A DNA stretch of 64,000 nt from a virus, in IMG/VR virus record IMGVR_UViG_3300027742_000001, positions 27,914-91,913 of that record, one strand, 5' to 3'. Made by a program: the position numbers and the translations under genes. Positions within the stretch are counted from its first letter, which is position 1, and every line of letters begins with the position of its first letter. The notes beneath the pieces were generated by a model, which was not told the DNA's origin, did no database searches, and saw only the letters and a program-made list of their open reading frames with translations. Below, piece after piece: positions 39,124 to 49,066 of the stretch.

Positions 39124-40578
39124 CTAAGCTACTATAATTGTATTTTTTCTTATATATCTATCGAATGTATATACAATGTATCTTGCTGTATCTACATACT
39201 CGAAGTGTGTTTCTAAAATATCTCTGTCATAGTTAACTGTAACAGTTCCATTTATTTCTTTAAATTGTGCGAAGTCCCATTGTCTAATAACTTCTGTTAG
39301 TTTGTGGTCAATGTAAACTGTTGAAGCAACTTCAGGAGTTCCCTCTAAATGTTCATTTAATCTATCAAACCCTTCTTTTCTAGCATTTTTAGCTTTCATA
39401 ATAGGCATACCATAATCAATATATCCTATTTTAAGAAGTTCGGGTGAGGTTGGGTCTCCAAGATAAATTATATTAGATTCACTTATGTTAAATTCTTTTA
39501 TAAGTTTATCTCTTATCTTAATACCTTCTTCATATAAGTCCCTAGTAAGTCTATTCTTAGCATATGTCCCATCAATAAAATAATAAGTACTAATTCTTTC
39601 ATCATATAAAGCAAATAAACCAGCATTACCATCTGACTGTCCATAATCATATGCTATAACTAAGTATAAGTCATCTCTATTTTTAAGATGTTCTATATTT
39701 CTAACATTTATAACGTGCTTTTGTTCATAGAAATTACTTAATACTTTTGTTCCACCATTATCAAACTCAAGTAAATATTCCCTTCGGAATTTACTATCAG
39801 ACATTTTCTTTCTATCTGATTCAACAATATCAGGTGATACAAGTGGATTTGAGTAAACATCATATCTTGAATAAACATAAGAATTAAACTCAGGGTCTTT
39901 ATTTTCAGCTTTAGCATAAATAACACCAGCTGGGGATTGTAGTTTACCGAGTCGAGGTGTACTAAATATTGCTATTTTACCATATTTAACTAAACTATCT
40001 TGGTAAGTTCCATAAGTAGCCATAGTAGGTATAATAGCATCAAGTAATTCTTGTTGAATAATAGGATTAATAAGAAAGAACTCATCAAGAATAAGTAAAG
40101 TAAGTTCAGTCCCTACAACCCTTGCTTCATAAGTTGTTTCTGAAGAAATTATTAAGGTGCTAATTTTACCATTGATTTCTATTTCAATAGTTTGTTCTTG
40201 TTTTAACCCTTTAACTTTACCTTTTAAAGCTGGTATTGAGTTAAGACCATTAAGTATTGTTTTGAAATGTTCTTTTGCCCTTTTAAGTCCCATTGTAATA
40301 ATAGCAACTCTAGCATTAGGTGTAAGTAACTCTGCGATAGCAACATCATCAGCCACAAATGACTTTCCCCATCTTCTAGAACAAAGAGCTACATAAATAT
40401 CCCACTTGTGTCTATTTTCTGCAAGAAAGTAACTAGCAAGTTCTTGTTGTCCTTCGTGTAAAGTATGTCCTAACATTTCAGCAACTTGTTTTGGATTAAT
40501 TAGCCCACAAGTTTCTTGATATTCAAGAACATTCTTAGGGACTAATCTTTCAAAGGCTTTCGTATCTTTTGTTTCCAT
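39124..40578 (-). CDS. terL: terminase large subunit
   Basis: CSRRWGKS Walker A, LLILDE Walker B, STP coupling motif, FRREYLLEF, AYDYG nuclease Asp, DTARY. Confidence 0.93.
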   Translation of the reverse strand: METKDTKAFERLVPKNVLEYQETCGLINPKQVAEMLGHTLHEGQQELASYFLAENRHKWDIYVALCSRRWGKSFVADDVAIAELLTPNARVAIITMGLKRAKEHFKTILNGLNSIPALKGKVKGLKQEQTIEIEINGKISTLIISSETTYEARVVGTELTLLILDEFFLINPIIQQELLDAIIPTMATYGTYQDSLVKYGKIAIFSTPRLGKLQSPAGVIYAKAENKDPEFNSYVYSRYDVYSNPLVSPDIVESDRKKMSDSKFRREYLLEFDNGGTKVLSNFYEQKHVINVRNIEHLKNRDDLYLVIAYDYGQSDGNAGLFALYDERISTYYFIDGTYAKNRLTRDLYEEGIKIRDKLIKEFNISESNIIYLGDPTSPELLKIGYIDYGMPIMKAKNARKEGFDRLNEHLEGTPEVASTVYIDHKLTEVIRQWDFAQFKEINGTVTVNYDRDILETHFEYVDTARYIVYTFDRYIRKNTIIVA

Positions 40579-40581
40579 AAC

Positions 40582-41160
40582 TTACCTTTGTTGTAAATTA
40601 AGAAATAGATTTTGAATAGGAGCAGTAGAATCATCTTCTTCATCAGAATACATTTTAGCAAGTTTTTCTTGTACTTCAACCATACTTAGTTTTCCAAAGT
40701 ATTCTCTAAAAGCTAATTCATCTTTATCTTCTGCAAATAATTTTGCTAAGTATTTATTTTTTCTATCTAATGCTTCAGCAATTCCACCCATACCTTTAGC
40801 GATTACTTTTTGTTGTAATGTTTTAGTATACTTATCTAAAAAAGATGAAGAGTTACTATTTCTAAGTAAACTATTTATATAACCTTTTGAAACCTTATAC
40901 TGTTCAGCAATAACTTCTTCACTAGTTCCTAAACAATGTTGCTCTAAAATTAAATAATCAGTTTCAGTTAAAGGCTTACTATTAGTAGCATTTGCTGAAG
41001 TTAAATCTTTTAATTCTTCAACTGTGGAACTTGGTTTAGTTAAAACCATTTCTTTAGTTTCTGTATCTTCTTTTAAATCTTCTTGTTTCTTATTAGTAAG
41101 TTCAAGAAGTAAATCATCTGTTGTTTTTGTTGTTTTAATTTTTTGTGTATCTTTAGCCAT
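40582..41160 (-). CDS. probable terminase small subunit
   Basis: First gene of the late operon, directly upstream of terL; HTH-like EEVIAEQYKVSKGYINSLL. Confidence 0.6.
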   Translation of the reverse strand: MAKDTQKIKTTKTTDDLLLELTNKKQEDLKEDTETKEMVLTKPSSTVEELKDLTSANATNSKPLTETDYLILEQHCLGTSEEVIAEQYKVSKGYINSLLRNSNSSSFLDKYTKTLQQKVIAKGMGGIAEALDRKNKYLAKLFAEDKDELAFREYFGKLSMVEVQEKLAKMYSDEEDDSTAPIQNLFLNLQQR

Positions 41161-41396
41161 TTTATTCCTTTTTCCATATTTTTACGTAGGAGGTTATTTT
41201 ATTTATTTTTTAAAGGAGAACAAATGAAATTATTAAATTTAAGTCAAAGAAACAAAACAGATAAAGATTCAAAAGGTTATTTGTTAACCCTCTCTACTTA
41301 TATATGGGATTTTTTTAGCATTTTTTTACCCTAAGTTTTTATAAATTTTGAAATTTGTTTATTTTAGGGTTATTTTTTATTAAGTTTTCTTTAATT

Positions 41397-41431
41397 TTAA
41401 CCTAACTTTAAGGTATATTTTTGTACCATTT
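41397..41431 (+). promoter_or_regulatory. sigma70-type promoter of the rightward operon
   Basis: ttaacctaactttaaggtatatttttgtaccat; near-identical upstream element at 44190 and 50172. Confidence 0.6.
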
Positions 41432-41600
41432 TGTCACGTAAGAATTTTGAAAAAGTTGGGCAGGGTTTTTTCTCCCATTTTATGGTAGCTAGAGTATACT
41501 TTTTTACCTAAAATCATTAAAAACCTACACAATATATGGTAAGGGGGTACCCTTCCTATTCTTCTTACTAATATCTTACAAACAAAAAGGAGGTAAAAGA

Positions 41601-43157
41601 ATGTTTAAAGAAGAGTTTAATTCTAATATAGATTTTAATAATCTTATTGCTACTGAAGAGTCTTTTCAATATGATATTAAAGAAACATATCCAGTATGTT
41701 ATCTAATAGATTTATATCTTAATAATAGTTTTAGTATTCATAAGAAAGAAACTAATCTAAGAAACAATAGAAATATAAATGGTTTTAATTTTGTTAGTAT
41801 TAAAGCAAGAACTATTGAAAATATATTAGGAAGAACTATTTTAACAAGATTAGATAAAGAGCATTTATTTTTTAAAGTATTTGAAGTAGATAATAACTAT
41901 AAGTTTTATAAAGATAATGTAAAAGAATCTGAAAGAGAAGAATCTTATACTAAAGCTTATAAACTTTCTACAATATTTATATGTAAAATGTTATTACATA
42001 AACTAACTTTAAGGAAAAGTATGATATACTCTTTTAACAAGTTTAAGATTAAAGAGCATTATTTGATAAAAGGTTTTAGCTTCAATAATCGTAATGAGAT
42101 ATTAAAATCAAAAATAATTACTAGAAAGGAGTTCGATTTGAATAAAGAAAAATATAAAGGTTATTATAATTCTATTGTTGCTAAGAAATATAATGAAGAA
42201 ACCTTTAGTCATGTAAATACTGAAACAACTAAAATAGATTATTTCCATGAGCCTAATATTGATACAGAATATGTTTTAAGTAAAGTTGAGGATATATCTG
42301 CTGAGGATATTAATAATTTAAGTGAATATCAAATGTTAGAATATGTCAGAATGACAATGAAAGCAAAGATTAATGATAGTGGTTCTAAAAGACAATTATA
42401 TACAAGACATGGAAGTGGGAGATTAATTGGAGTACAAATTCCTCACCAAAATGTTAATTTTCAAGTTTTACCTAAATGGGAAAGAGAAATCTTTTTTACG
42501 GGTAAATTTGAGTATGATATGTCTAATGCTGTAATTACTCTCTTTACAAATATTTTTGAGAAATTGGGTGGAAAAAGAGAGCTTAAAACCATTAAAGATT
42601 ATATGCTTGATAAAAATAAGTACAGAAACTATTTAGTTAAGTTAGGATTTAGTGAAAAACTTGCTAAACAATATTTTATTACAATACTTTATGGGAAAGA
42701 TTTAAGTAATAATATTCAGGAGAGCTATAAGAATACAGATTGGATGCAAGAAGTTAATGAAGAGTTATTTTATAAAGCACTTGAAAATGAAAATGTTGAG
42801 AATTTACTTAAAGAGTTAGATTACTTAAAAGATTTTTTAGTAAATCATTACAAAGAGGTTAGTTCTAAAGATGGTTTAAAATATATTATTAGAAATGCTA
42901 ATAATTGTTATAAATCTTTTACAAAGTTTGAAATGGAAAAAAATAAAGGAAAAGTATTAGCACATATATTCTTTGGAATGGAGAGTTTAATAATGGACTT
43001 TATTAAGAACAATTTTGAAACTAATTTATTGATTTATGATGGGTTTATATCTGAGGAAGATATTGATACTAAATATTTAGAGTTATTAATAGAACATGAG
43101 TTAGGTTATAAAATAAAATTTACAAAAAGAAAGATAGGAGGAATAAATGAAAATTAA
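41601..43157 (+). CDS. family-A polymerase-like protein (palm/fingers only)
   Basis: GRL..Q.LPK..R, EYDMSNA (motif A), K.YF..ILYG (motif B), IYDGFI (motif C); no exonuclease motifs seen. Confidence 0.6.
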   Translation: MFKEEFNSNIDFNNLIATEESFQYDIKETYPVCYLIDLYLNNSFSIHKKETNLRNNRNINGFNFVSIKARTIENILGRTILTRLDKEHLFFKVFEVDNNYKFYKDNVKESEREESYTKAYKLSTIFICKMLLHKLTLRKSMIYSFNKFKIKEHYLIKGFSFNNRNEILKSKIITRKEFDLNKEKYKGYYNSIVAKKYNEETFSHVNTETTKIDYFHEPNIDTEYVLSKVEDISAEDINNLSEYQMLEYVRMTMKAKINDSGSKRQLYTRHGSGRLIGVQIPHQNVNFQVLPKWEREIFFTGKFEYDMSNAVITLFTNIFEKLGGKRELKTIKDYMLDKNKYRNYLVKLGFSEKLAKQYFITILYGKDLSNNIQESYKNTDWMQEVNEELFYKALENENVENLLKELDYLKDFLVNHYKEVSSKDGLKYIIRNANNCYKSFTKFEMEKNKGKVLAHIFFGMESLIMDFIKNNFETNLLIYDGFISEEDIDTKYLELLIEHELGYKIKFTKRKIGGINEN

Positions 43158-43359
43158 ATATATAATAGTATACGATAATAAATTTTATAATGGGACAGAC
43201 CTTAAAATTAATGAAGTATCGATTGAAGACTTTGGTGGTATTGAATTTGCTACACACTTTAGTAATGAATTTAAGGCATTAGATTTTGTTGAAGAAATAA
43301 TAACTCAAGAATACCCCTTAAATAATTTAGAAATTAGAAGAATATTCTGTGAAGATTAA
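43147..43359 (+). CDS. hypothetical protein
   Basis: GGAGG RBS; coupled ORF. Confidence 0.65.
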   Translation: MKIKYIIVYDNKFYNGTDLKINEVSIEDFGGIEFATHFSNEFKALDFVEEIITQEYPLNNLEIRRIFCED

Positions 43360-43378
43360 TAAACAAGGAGGTAAACAA

Positions 43379-43579
43379 ATGAAAATACAAACAACATTTA
43401 GTCAAATAATTGATGTAATAATTACTGATGAAGATGAATATATAGAGTATACTAGGTATAATAGGGATTGTTGGTTTATGAGTATGGGAGAATCTACGGA
43501 GAGGCTTTATGATTGTGAAGAGATAGAAAAGTTATATCAAGATTATTTAAAGGAGAAAGTTAATGAAAGAGATTTATGA
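43379..43579 (+). CDS. hypothetical protein (start revised to 43379)
   Basis: AAGGAGGT RBS before ATG 43379. Confidence 0.7.
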   Translation: MKIQTTFSQIIDVIITDEDEYIEYTRYNRDCWFMSMGESTERLYDCEEIEKLYQDYLKEKVNERDL

Positions 43580-43751
43580 AGATTTAACACCTAGGTTTTT
43601 ACCTATAAAATGGTTTGGTTGGCAATTAATTATGACAAAAGGTTCTTATGCTTATTATGAAAATAAATATACAACTAAAAGAGGTTATAAGAAAATACAC
43701 TTAGGGTTTAGTGCTTTAGATATTGTTTGGTTAAATGGGGATAAAAAATAA
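43563..43751 (+). CDS. hypothetical protein
   Basis: RBS; coupled ORF. Confidence 0.65.
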   Translation: MKEIYEDLTPRFLPIKWFGWQLIMTKGSYAYYENKYTTKRGYKKIHLGFSALDIVWLNGDKK

Positions 43752-43927
43752 TGATTACTATTAGTATTATTTGGGTTTTTTGTTGGTTACTTATTGAGGT
43801 GCTTACCTTTACAGAGTTTACAAGGTTTGGAATATATTGGGAAGATAAAGATATTAGACAGATTATGTTTCTTACTCCTTTTTTAGTATTAATACTTTTA
43901 TGTATTATATGGGTGGGTAGAAGATAA
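43751..43927 (+). CDS. small membrane protein (58 aa, not in the ORF track)
   Basis: TAATG coupling at both ends; two hydrophobic segments. Confidence 0.6.
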   Translation: MITISIIWVFCWLLIEVLTFTEFTRFGIYWEDKDIRQIMFLTPFLVLILLCIIWVGRR

Positions 43928-44154
43928 TGAATAAAGAACAAGCATTACAAGAGTTATACTCTTATATGACACCTGAAGATGGGGCTATGGTACCAATTGG
44001 TTATGTTGATAATTTAATAAATAAAATTTATGAAGAAGCTCTAGATATAGTACCTAAATTATTAGAAGATAAATATAAGTTAGGATATTGTCAAGGATAT
44101 TCTGATAAGAGTGTAGATATGGAACCTATATATAATATAAAAGATTTAGAGTAA
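43927..44154 (+). CDS. hypothetical protein
   Basis: Coupled ORF. Confidence 0.65.
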   Translation: MNKEQALQELYSYMTPEDGAMVPIGYVDNLINKIYEEALDIVPKLLEDKYKLGYCQGYSDKSVDMEPIYNIKDLE

Positions 44155-44246
44155 ACAAATTTCAAAATTTAATAAAAAATATTAAAAAATTAACCTAAGT
44201 TTAAGGTTATATAATATATAATACACTCATAAAACAAAGGAGGTAA

Positions 44247-45227
44247 ATGTTGAATGAAGTAAAAGTTAAAAAGGACAATAAAAGTATAGAACTTTCAGAA
44301 AAAGACTTCGAGGTACTTTTTGGAAAGGTTGCTTATGTAGATAATGAGTTAAAAAGGAAAAGTAAAGGTTTTTCAGCTAAACTAGCTCAGAAATGTTATC
44401 ATATGTATAATGTTCCTAAAGATACTACTGAAAATTATGTTTCTGAAATTGTAGCTAAAGAGAAAGGTACAATAAAAGAGTTATTAGATTTAGATAAAGG
44501 TAAAGCTTATAATTATATTTTTGATAGATTAAGGTCTCAAGATTATTTATATGTAAGAAGACTTAAAACAAAAAATGCTAATGAGTTTAAGTACAAAGTT
44601 TATGTAAATGTAAAAGTTAAAAAAAGTACAGATAAATATAATCTTTTAAATGATATAATTGAAGAAATTAGTCACTTTTTTGATATTGAAAGTAAAAACA
44701 TTTATGATATTAATACTAAAGAAGATGAAATCATAAATAAAGACTTCTTTTTCGATATAAAAAACGATGAAATCATTTATAAGGTAATGTTTTATGGAAA
44801 ACCTACTAAAGCATTTATTTATACCGAAGAACTAGAACAAGAAATTGAAAAAAGTATTAATAATCAAGTTAATCTTAATATAGATTTTTGTAAAGTACAA
44901 GATATAGATATAAAAGTTATTAAGAATTTTAGAAAAAGTATGTTCTATGATATTGAAAGTGTAGATTTTAGTGATGATACTATTGATATTACTGATAAAA
45001 AGACTTTATATTATGCTTATATTGATGAATTTAATCTTAGAGATTGTGAGGAAGCTTTTATTAATTTAAGTTTTCAAGGGTATAATGTTTATAAAGAAGA
45101 AGATATTCCATATTTTAAGGAAGTTCTTAAGAAAAAAGATAACCAAGAATTTAGTAAAAACTATTTAAGAACTAAATTTTTAAATAAACTTTGTGATAAA
45201 TTATCTGATAATAGCCCTTTTAGTTAA
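44247..45227 (+). CDS. hypothetical protein, possibly a divergent sigma-factor-like regulator
   Basis: Own promoter at about 44190-44222; DLDKGKAYNYIFDRLR resembles sigma region 2; helical C-terminus. Confidence 0.4.
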   Translation: MLNEVKVKKDNKSIELSEKDFEVLFGKVAYVDNELKRKSKGFSAKLAQKCYHMYNVPKDTTENYVSEIVAKEKGTIKELLDLDKGKAYNYIFDRLRSQDYLYVRRLKTKNANEFKYKVYVNVKVKKSTDKYNLLNDIIEEISHFFDIESKNIYDINTKEDEIINKDFFFDIKNDEIIYKVMFYGKPTKAFIYTEELEQEIEKSINNQVNLNIDFCKVQDIDIKVIKNFRKSMFYDIESVDFSDDTIDITDKKTLYYAYIDEFNLRDCEEAFINLSFQGYNVYKEEDIPYFKEVLKKKDNQEFSKNYLRTKFLNKLCDKLSDNSPFS

Positions 45228-45238
45228 AAGGAAATACT

Positions 45239-45604
45239 TTGGAAAATACTATTAAAGTAAGTTCTCCAACAAAAAGAACTAAAAGAGGACAATATCTTTA
45301 TGATTTAGTTAGTAAACATGAACATAAAGAAACATTAAATAAAGTAAAAGAGTTCTTGAACAAATATTATCAAGAGTTAACTTTTAATCAGATTGTTACA
45401 ACAGTAAAAGCTTTATATAATGTTAATTTAACACAAGGTGAAATAAAGAATTTATGTTTAAGCATTAATTTATTACCTAAGAATATAAGTGCTAGTACAA
45501 GGAAGTTTGAGAAAAAAGAGTTCGATAAAAGAGTTGCAAGAGGGCTTTGGTTAGAATATTTTAACTATTGGGAAGTGAAACCTATTAAGTTAAAACCTGA
45601 ATAA
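45239..45604 (+). CDS. hypothetical protein
   Basis: TTG start with RBS. Confidence 0.65.
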   Translation: MENTIKVSSPTKRTKRGQYLYDLVSKHEHKETLNKVKEFLNKYYQELTFNQIVTTVKALYNVNLTQGEIKNLCLSINLLPKNISASTRKFEKKEFDKRVARGLWLEYFNYWEVKPIKLKPE

Positions 45605-45622
45605 AATTTATAAGGAGGATTA

Positions 45623-46444
45623 TTGGATAAAATTAAAGAAGAAAATTATAAAAAACCTAAAGCTACTTTACTTCATGCTTCTCCATTAAGTATAGGAGAA
45701 ATTGCTGGAAGAATATGTTATGATAGTTTTAGTTTAAGTGAACATGAATTAGTAAGAAACTTTGAAGAAAATCCTAAAGAATTTATTAATAACTTATCTA
45801 CTTTAGGGGACATTGAAAGTTCAAAATTACTAGATAAACTTTTTAATGTTTATTTTCACGAAAGTGTTGCTGAACATATTAACTTAACTTATCATGTTGA
45901 GAGAGTTAGTAGAGAAATAATTATTGAATGGAATAGAACAAGAATAGGTATGCCTACAAGCCAAAAGTCAACAAGATATACCATTGAAGATTTAGTTAAT
46001 GCTTTTGTTGATTGGTATGATAATAGTAATGGGGCTATTGGAGAAGAACATTATAATGCTTTTGAAAAAGTTGTTGATGATAACATTGTACATAAAAATA
46101 ATACAAGAGTTACTATAACTACTAATTATTTATTAGATATGTTATCTACATACCATGAAGAAGAACCTCTTAAAAAAGGTTTAACAGGTGGGGCTAAAAA
46201 GAAACAAAATGATAGAGTTAAAAGATGTTTACCTGAGAGTTGGATGTTAGAAGGTATTTGGACATTTAACTTAAGGAGTCTAAAACACTTTGTAAATTTA
46301 AGAAGTAGTGGTTCTGCATATTATGGTATTAGAGAAGTTGTTGAAACAGTTATGGAGCAAACACCTCATAAGTATAGAATTCTTGTAGATAAAAAATATA
46401 AAGAATTACTATTAAAACAAAATAAAGGAGAAATTAATGAATAA
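45623..46444 (+). CDS. thyX: flavin-dependent thymidylate synthase
   Basis: AGRICYDS, HESVAEH, VSR..E.NRTR..SQKSTRY, LPES, NLRSLKHFVNLR. Confidence 0.92.
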   Translation: MDKIKEENYKKPKATLLHASPLSIGEIAGRICYDSFSLSEHELVRNFEENPKEFINNLSTLGDIESSKLLDKLFNVYFHESVAEHINLTYHVERVSREIIIEWNRTRIGMPTSQKSTRYTIEDLVNAFVDWYDNSNGAIGEEHYNAFEKVVDDNIVHKNNTRVTITTNYLLDMLSTYHEEEPLKKGLTGGAKKKQNDRVKRCLPESWMLEGIWTFNLRSLKHFVNLRSSGSAYYGIREVVETVMEQTPHKYRILVDKKYKELLLKQNKGEINE

Positions 46445-46682
46445 AGAACAAAAGAAAATACATTCAAAAGAAATTGAGAATAGAAAAGCTAAACAAAAAG
46501 AACGAATAGGTAATTATTACATACAATATTCTAATAAAAGTGCTAACGGAGTTGAGTACACCAATATGGCTTCACTAGATACTTTTGGTAAACTTAGATT
46601 TAGAAGTATTGATAATCAAGGTTGGTTTTATTTAGTTAATCTTGCAAAGGATAAGTTAGTGAATGGTGTTGGTGGTATTTAA
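46437..46682 (+). CDS. hypothetical protein
   Basis: RBS; coupled ORF. Confidence 0.65.
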   Translation: MNKEQKKIHSKEIENRKAKQKERIGNYYIQYSNKSANGVEYTNMASLDTFGKLRFRSIDNQGWFYLVNLAKDKLVNGVGGI

Positions 46683-47281
46683 TGGAAGATTTTGACTTAA
46701 ATACATATGTAGTTGAATCCTCTGAGAGTAATGTTTATAAATTTGATATAGATAAAGATTTTGAAAATCCTAGTCAAGTTAGGGATTTAACTAGATTATT
46801 AGATACTCAAACTGAATATGATACTACTATTCTTAGGGTAAATCATTGGGGTGGATGCAAATTCACGTTATTATCAGTAATGGATGCTATTCAGAATAGT
46901 AAAGGACAAGTTATTGCTCAAGTAATCCATGCTAGTAGTGCTGGTTCATTATTGAGTTTAGTTTGTGATGATTGTTTTACGGTTAAGTTTGGAGAATGGT
47001 ATATACACCAAGAGCAAAGTTATAATTTTGGAGATACTTCGTATCAAAAACAAAATATTGAATTTACAGATAAAACACAAAGACACTTATTTGAGGAAGT
47101 TTATAAAGGATTTTTAACGGATAAAGAGATAGATGATTTATGTAAAGGTACTATTAGAGATTTTACTTTTGATTATATAGAAGCTAATGAAAGATTAGTT
47201 AAATGGAGAGAGTATAGAGATTCTTTAGTTGAGAATGCTGAAGATACAAATGAACAAGAAATTGTTGAGAAAGGAGAGTAA
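46682..47281 (+). CDS. ClpP/crotonase-like serine protease
   Basis: LRVNHWGG, ASSAGSLL (nucleophile Ser), YIH. Confidence 0.8.
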   Translation: MEDFDLNTYVVESSESNVYKFDIDKDFENPSQVRDLTRLLDTQTEYDTTILRVNHWGGCKFTLLSVMDAIQNSKGQVIAQVIHASSAGSLLSLVCDDCFTVKFGEWYIHQEQSYNFGDTSYQKQNIEFTDKTQRHLFEEVYKGFLTDKEIDDLCKGTIRDFTFDYIEANERLVKWREYRDSLVENAEDTNEQEIVEKGE

Positions 47282-49057
47282 TTGGAAAGAGAATTGTTAG
47301 TTAATGATTTTGCTAAAGCTATGTTTGAAGATTCATACCTTTTACCAAATGAAACAATACACGACCTTTATCATAGGGTTGCTTATGATAATTGTAGAGA
47401 TAACCCTAAGAGGGCAGAGAGAATAAAAGACTATTTATATAAACAATGGGCTAGTGGAGCAACTCCTGTTTTATCTAACTCAGGTACAGATAGAGGCTAT
47501 CCTATATCCTGCTTTAAAAGTATTACAAATGATGATATGGGAAGTATTGCTTTTGGATTTATGGAAGATTTAGTTCTAGGCTCAGGAGGTGGAGGAATTG
47601 GTAGGATGAAAAATGTTAGAGGTGTAGGTAGACCTATTTTTAATGTTGGAAATTCTAGTGGTAAAATTCCTTTTTATAAGGTAGATGATGCTATGGTTAA
47701 TGCAGTATCACAAGGTGGGTTAAGGAGAGCAAGTAAAGCAGAATACTTACACATTTCAGATATAGAAATTGAAGAGTTTATTAAATTAAGAAAACCTACT
47801 GGAGGAGATACTAATAGAAAATGCTTTAATTTACATCAAGGAGTAGTTTTATCAGATGATTTTATGGAAGCAGTTATAAATAAAAAAGCATGGGGCTTAA
47901 AATCTGTGGATACTGAATCTGTTGAAAAGTATGTTGATGCTTATAAACTATTTACCGAAATTTTAACAATTAGAATTGAAACAGGTGAACCCTATATACT
48001 ATTTGAAGGAAATGTTAATAAAAATTTATGTGAATTATACCAAAAAGAAGGGTTAAGTGTTACTTTTAGTAACCTTTGTAGTGAGATTCTACTAAATGTT
48101 ACGGAAGATAAAACAGCAGTATGTTGTTTAAGTAGTGTTAATTTAGAGAAATATGATGAATGGAAAGATGATTCATTATTTATTGAAGATATGATGTACT
48201 TTTTAGACGGTGTTTTAATTCAATATGAAGAAAAGTTACAAAAAAGTCCCGAATGGAAAAAACCCTTCCTAAGAAGAGTTATCAACTTTGTTAGAGAAGA
48301 GAGAGCAGTTGGGTTAGGTGTAATGGGTTGGCACAGTTTATTACAATTAAAACATATTCCTTTTGAAAGCCCAATGGCTAAAGGTTTAAATATAAAAATA
48401 TTTAGTTCTTTAAAAGAGCAAGTAGATAAAGCAAGTATAAAAATAGCTAAAGAAAGAGGTTCTTGTGAGTTAGGTAAAAAACATGGTGTTCTTGAAAGAT
48501 TTACAAATAAAATGGCTATTGCTCCTACAAGTTCAATATCTATTCTATGTGGAGGAGTTAGTGCTGGAATAGAACCTTGGCAAAGTAATGCTTATGTTCA
48601 TAAAAATAAGACTAAAGCACATACAGTTAAGAATAAGTATTTAACTAAATTAATAGAAGATAAGGCTAAAGAATTAAATAAAGATGGTAGATGGATTCAA
48701 TCGCAATGGAAATCTATATTAGCCCATGAAGGTTCTGTTCAACATTTAGAGTGGCTAGATGATTTTAGTAAAGAAGTATTTAAGACTGCTTTTGAGATAG
48801 ACCAAAGATACATAATTGAACAAGTAGCAGATAGAACTCCATATATTGACCAAGGGCAAAGTACTAATATATTCTTACCCCATGATGTTAATAAGAAAGA
48901 CTTATTAGGTTTACATTTAATGGCTTGGAAATTAGGAGCAAAAACTCTATATTATTGTAGAAGTACAAGTCCTAAAAGAGCAACTGTGGGTGGTAATGTT
49001 GAAAGACATAAAATCGAAGAAGATACTAGGTATGATGAGTGCTTGGTTTGTCAGTAA
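47282..49057 (+). CDS. nrdA: ribonucleotide reductase class I alpha subunit (no ATP cone)
   Basis: ATPVLSN, PISCF, SQGGLRR, SNLCSEI, AIAPT, KTLYY, C-terminal CLVCQ. Confidence 0.96.
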   Translation: MERELLVNDFAKAMFEDSYLLPNETIHDLYHRVAYDNCRDNPKRAERIKDYLYKQWASGATPVLSNSGTDRGYPISCFKSITNDDMGSIAFGFMEDLVLGSGGGGIGRMKNVRGVGRPIFNVGNSSGKIPFYKVDDAMVNAVSQGGLRRASKAEYLHISDIEIEEFIKLRKPTGGDTNRKCFNLHQGVVLSDDFMEAVINKKAWGLKSVDTESVEKYVDAYKLFTEILTIRIETGEPYILFEGNVNKNLCELYQKEGLSVTFSNLCSEILLNVTEDKTAVCCLSSVNLEKYDEWKDDSLFIEDMMYFLDGVLIQYEEKLQKSPEWKKPFLRRVINFVREERAVGLGVMGWHSLLQLKHIPFESPMAKGLNIKIFSSLKEQVDKASIKIAKERGSCELGKKHGVLERFTNKMAIAPTSSISILCGGVSAGIEPWQSNAYVHKNKTKAHTVKNKYLTKLIEDKAKELNKDGRWIQSQWKSILAHEGSVQHLEWLDDFSKEVFKTAFEIDQRYIIEQVADRTPYIDQGQSTNIFLPHDVNKKDLLGLHLMAWKLGAKTLYYCRSTSPKRATVGGNVERHKIEEDTRYDECLVCQ

Positions 49058-49066
49058 AGGAGAGAA

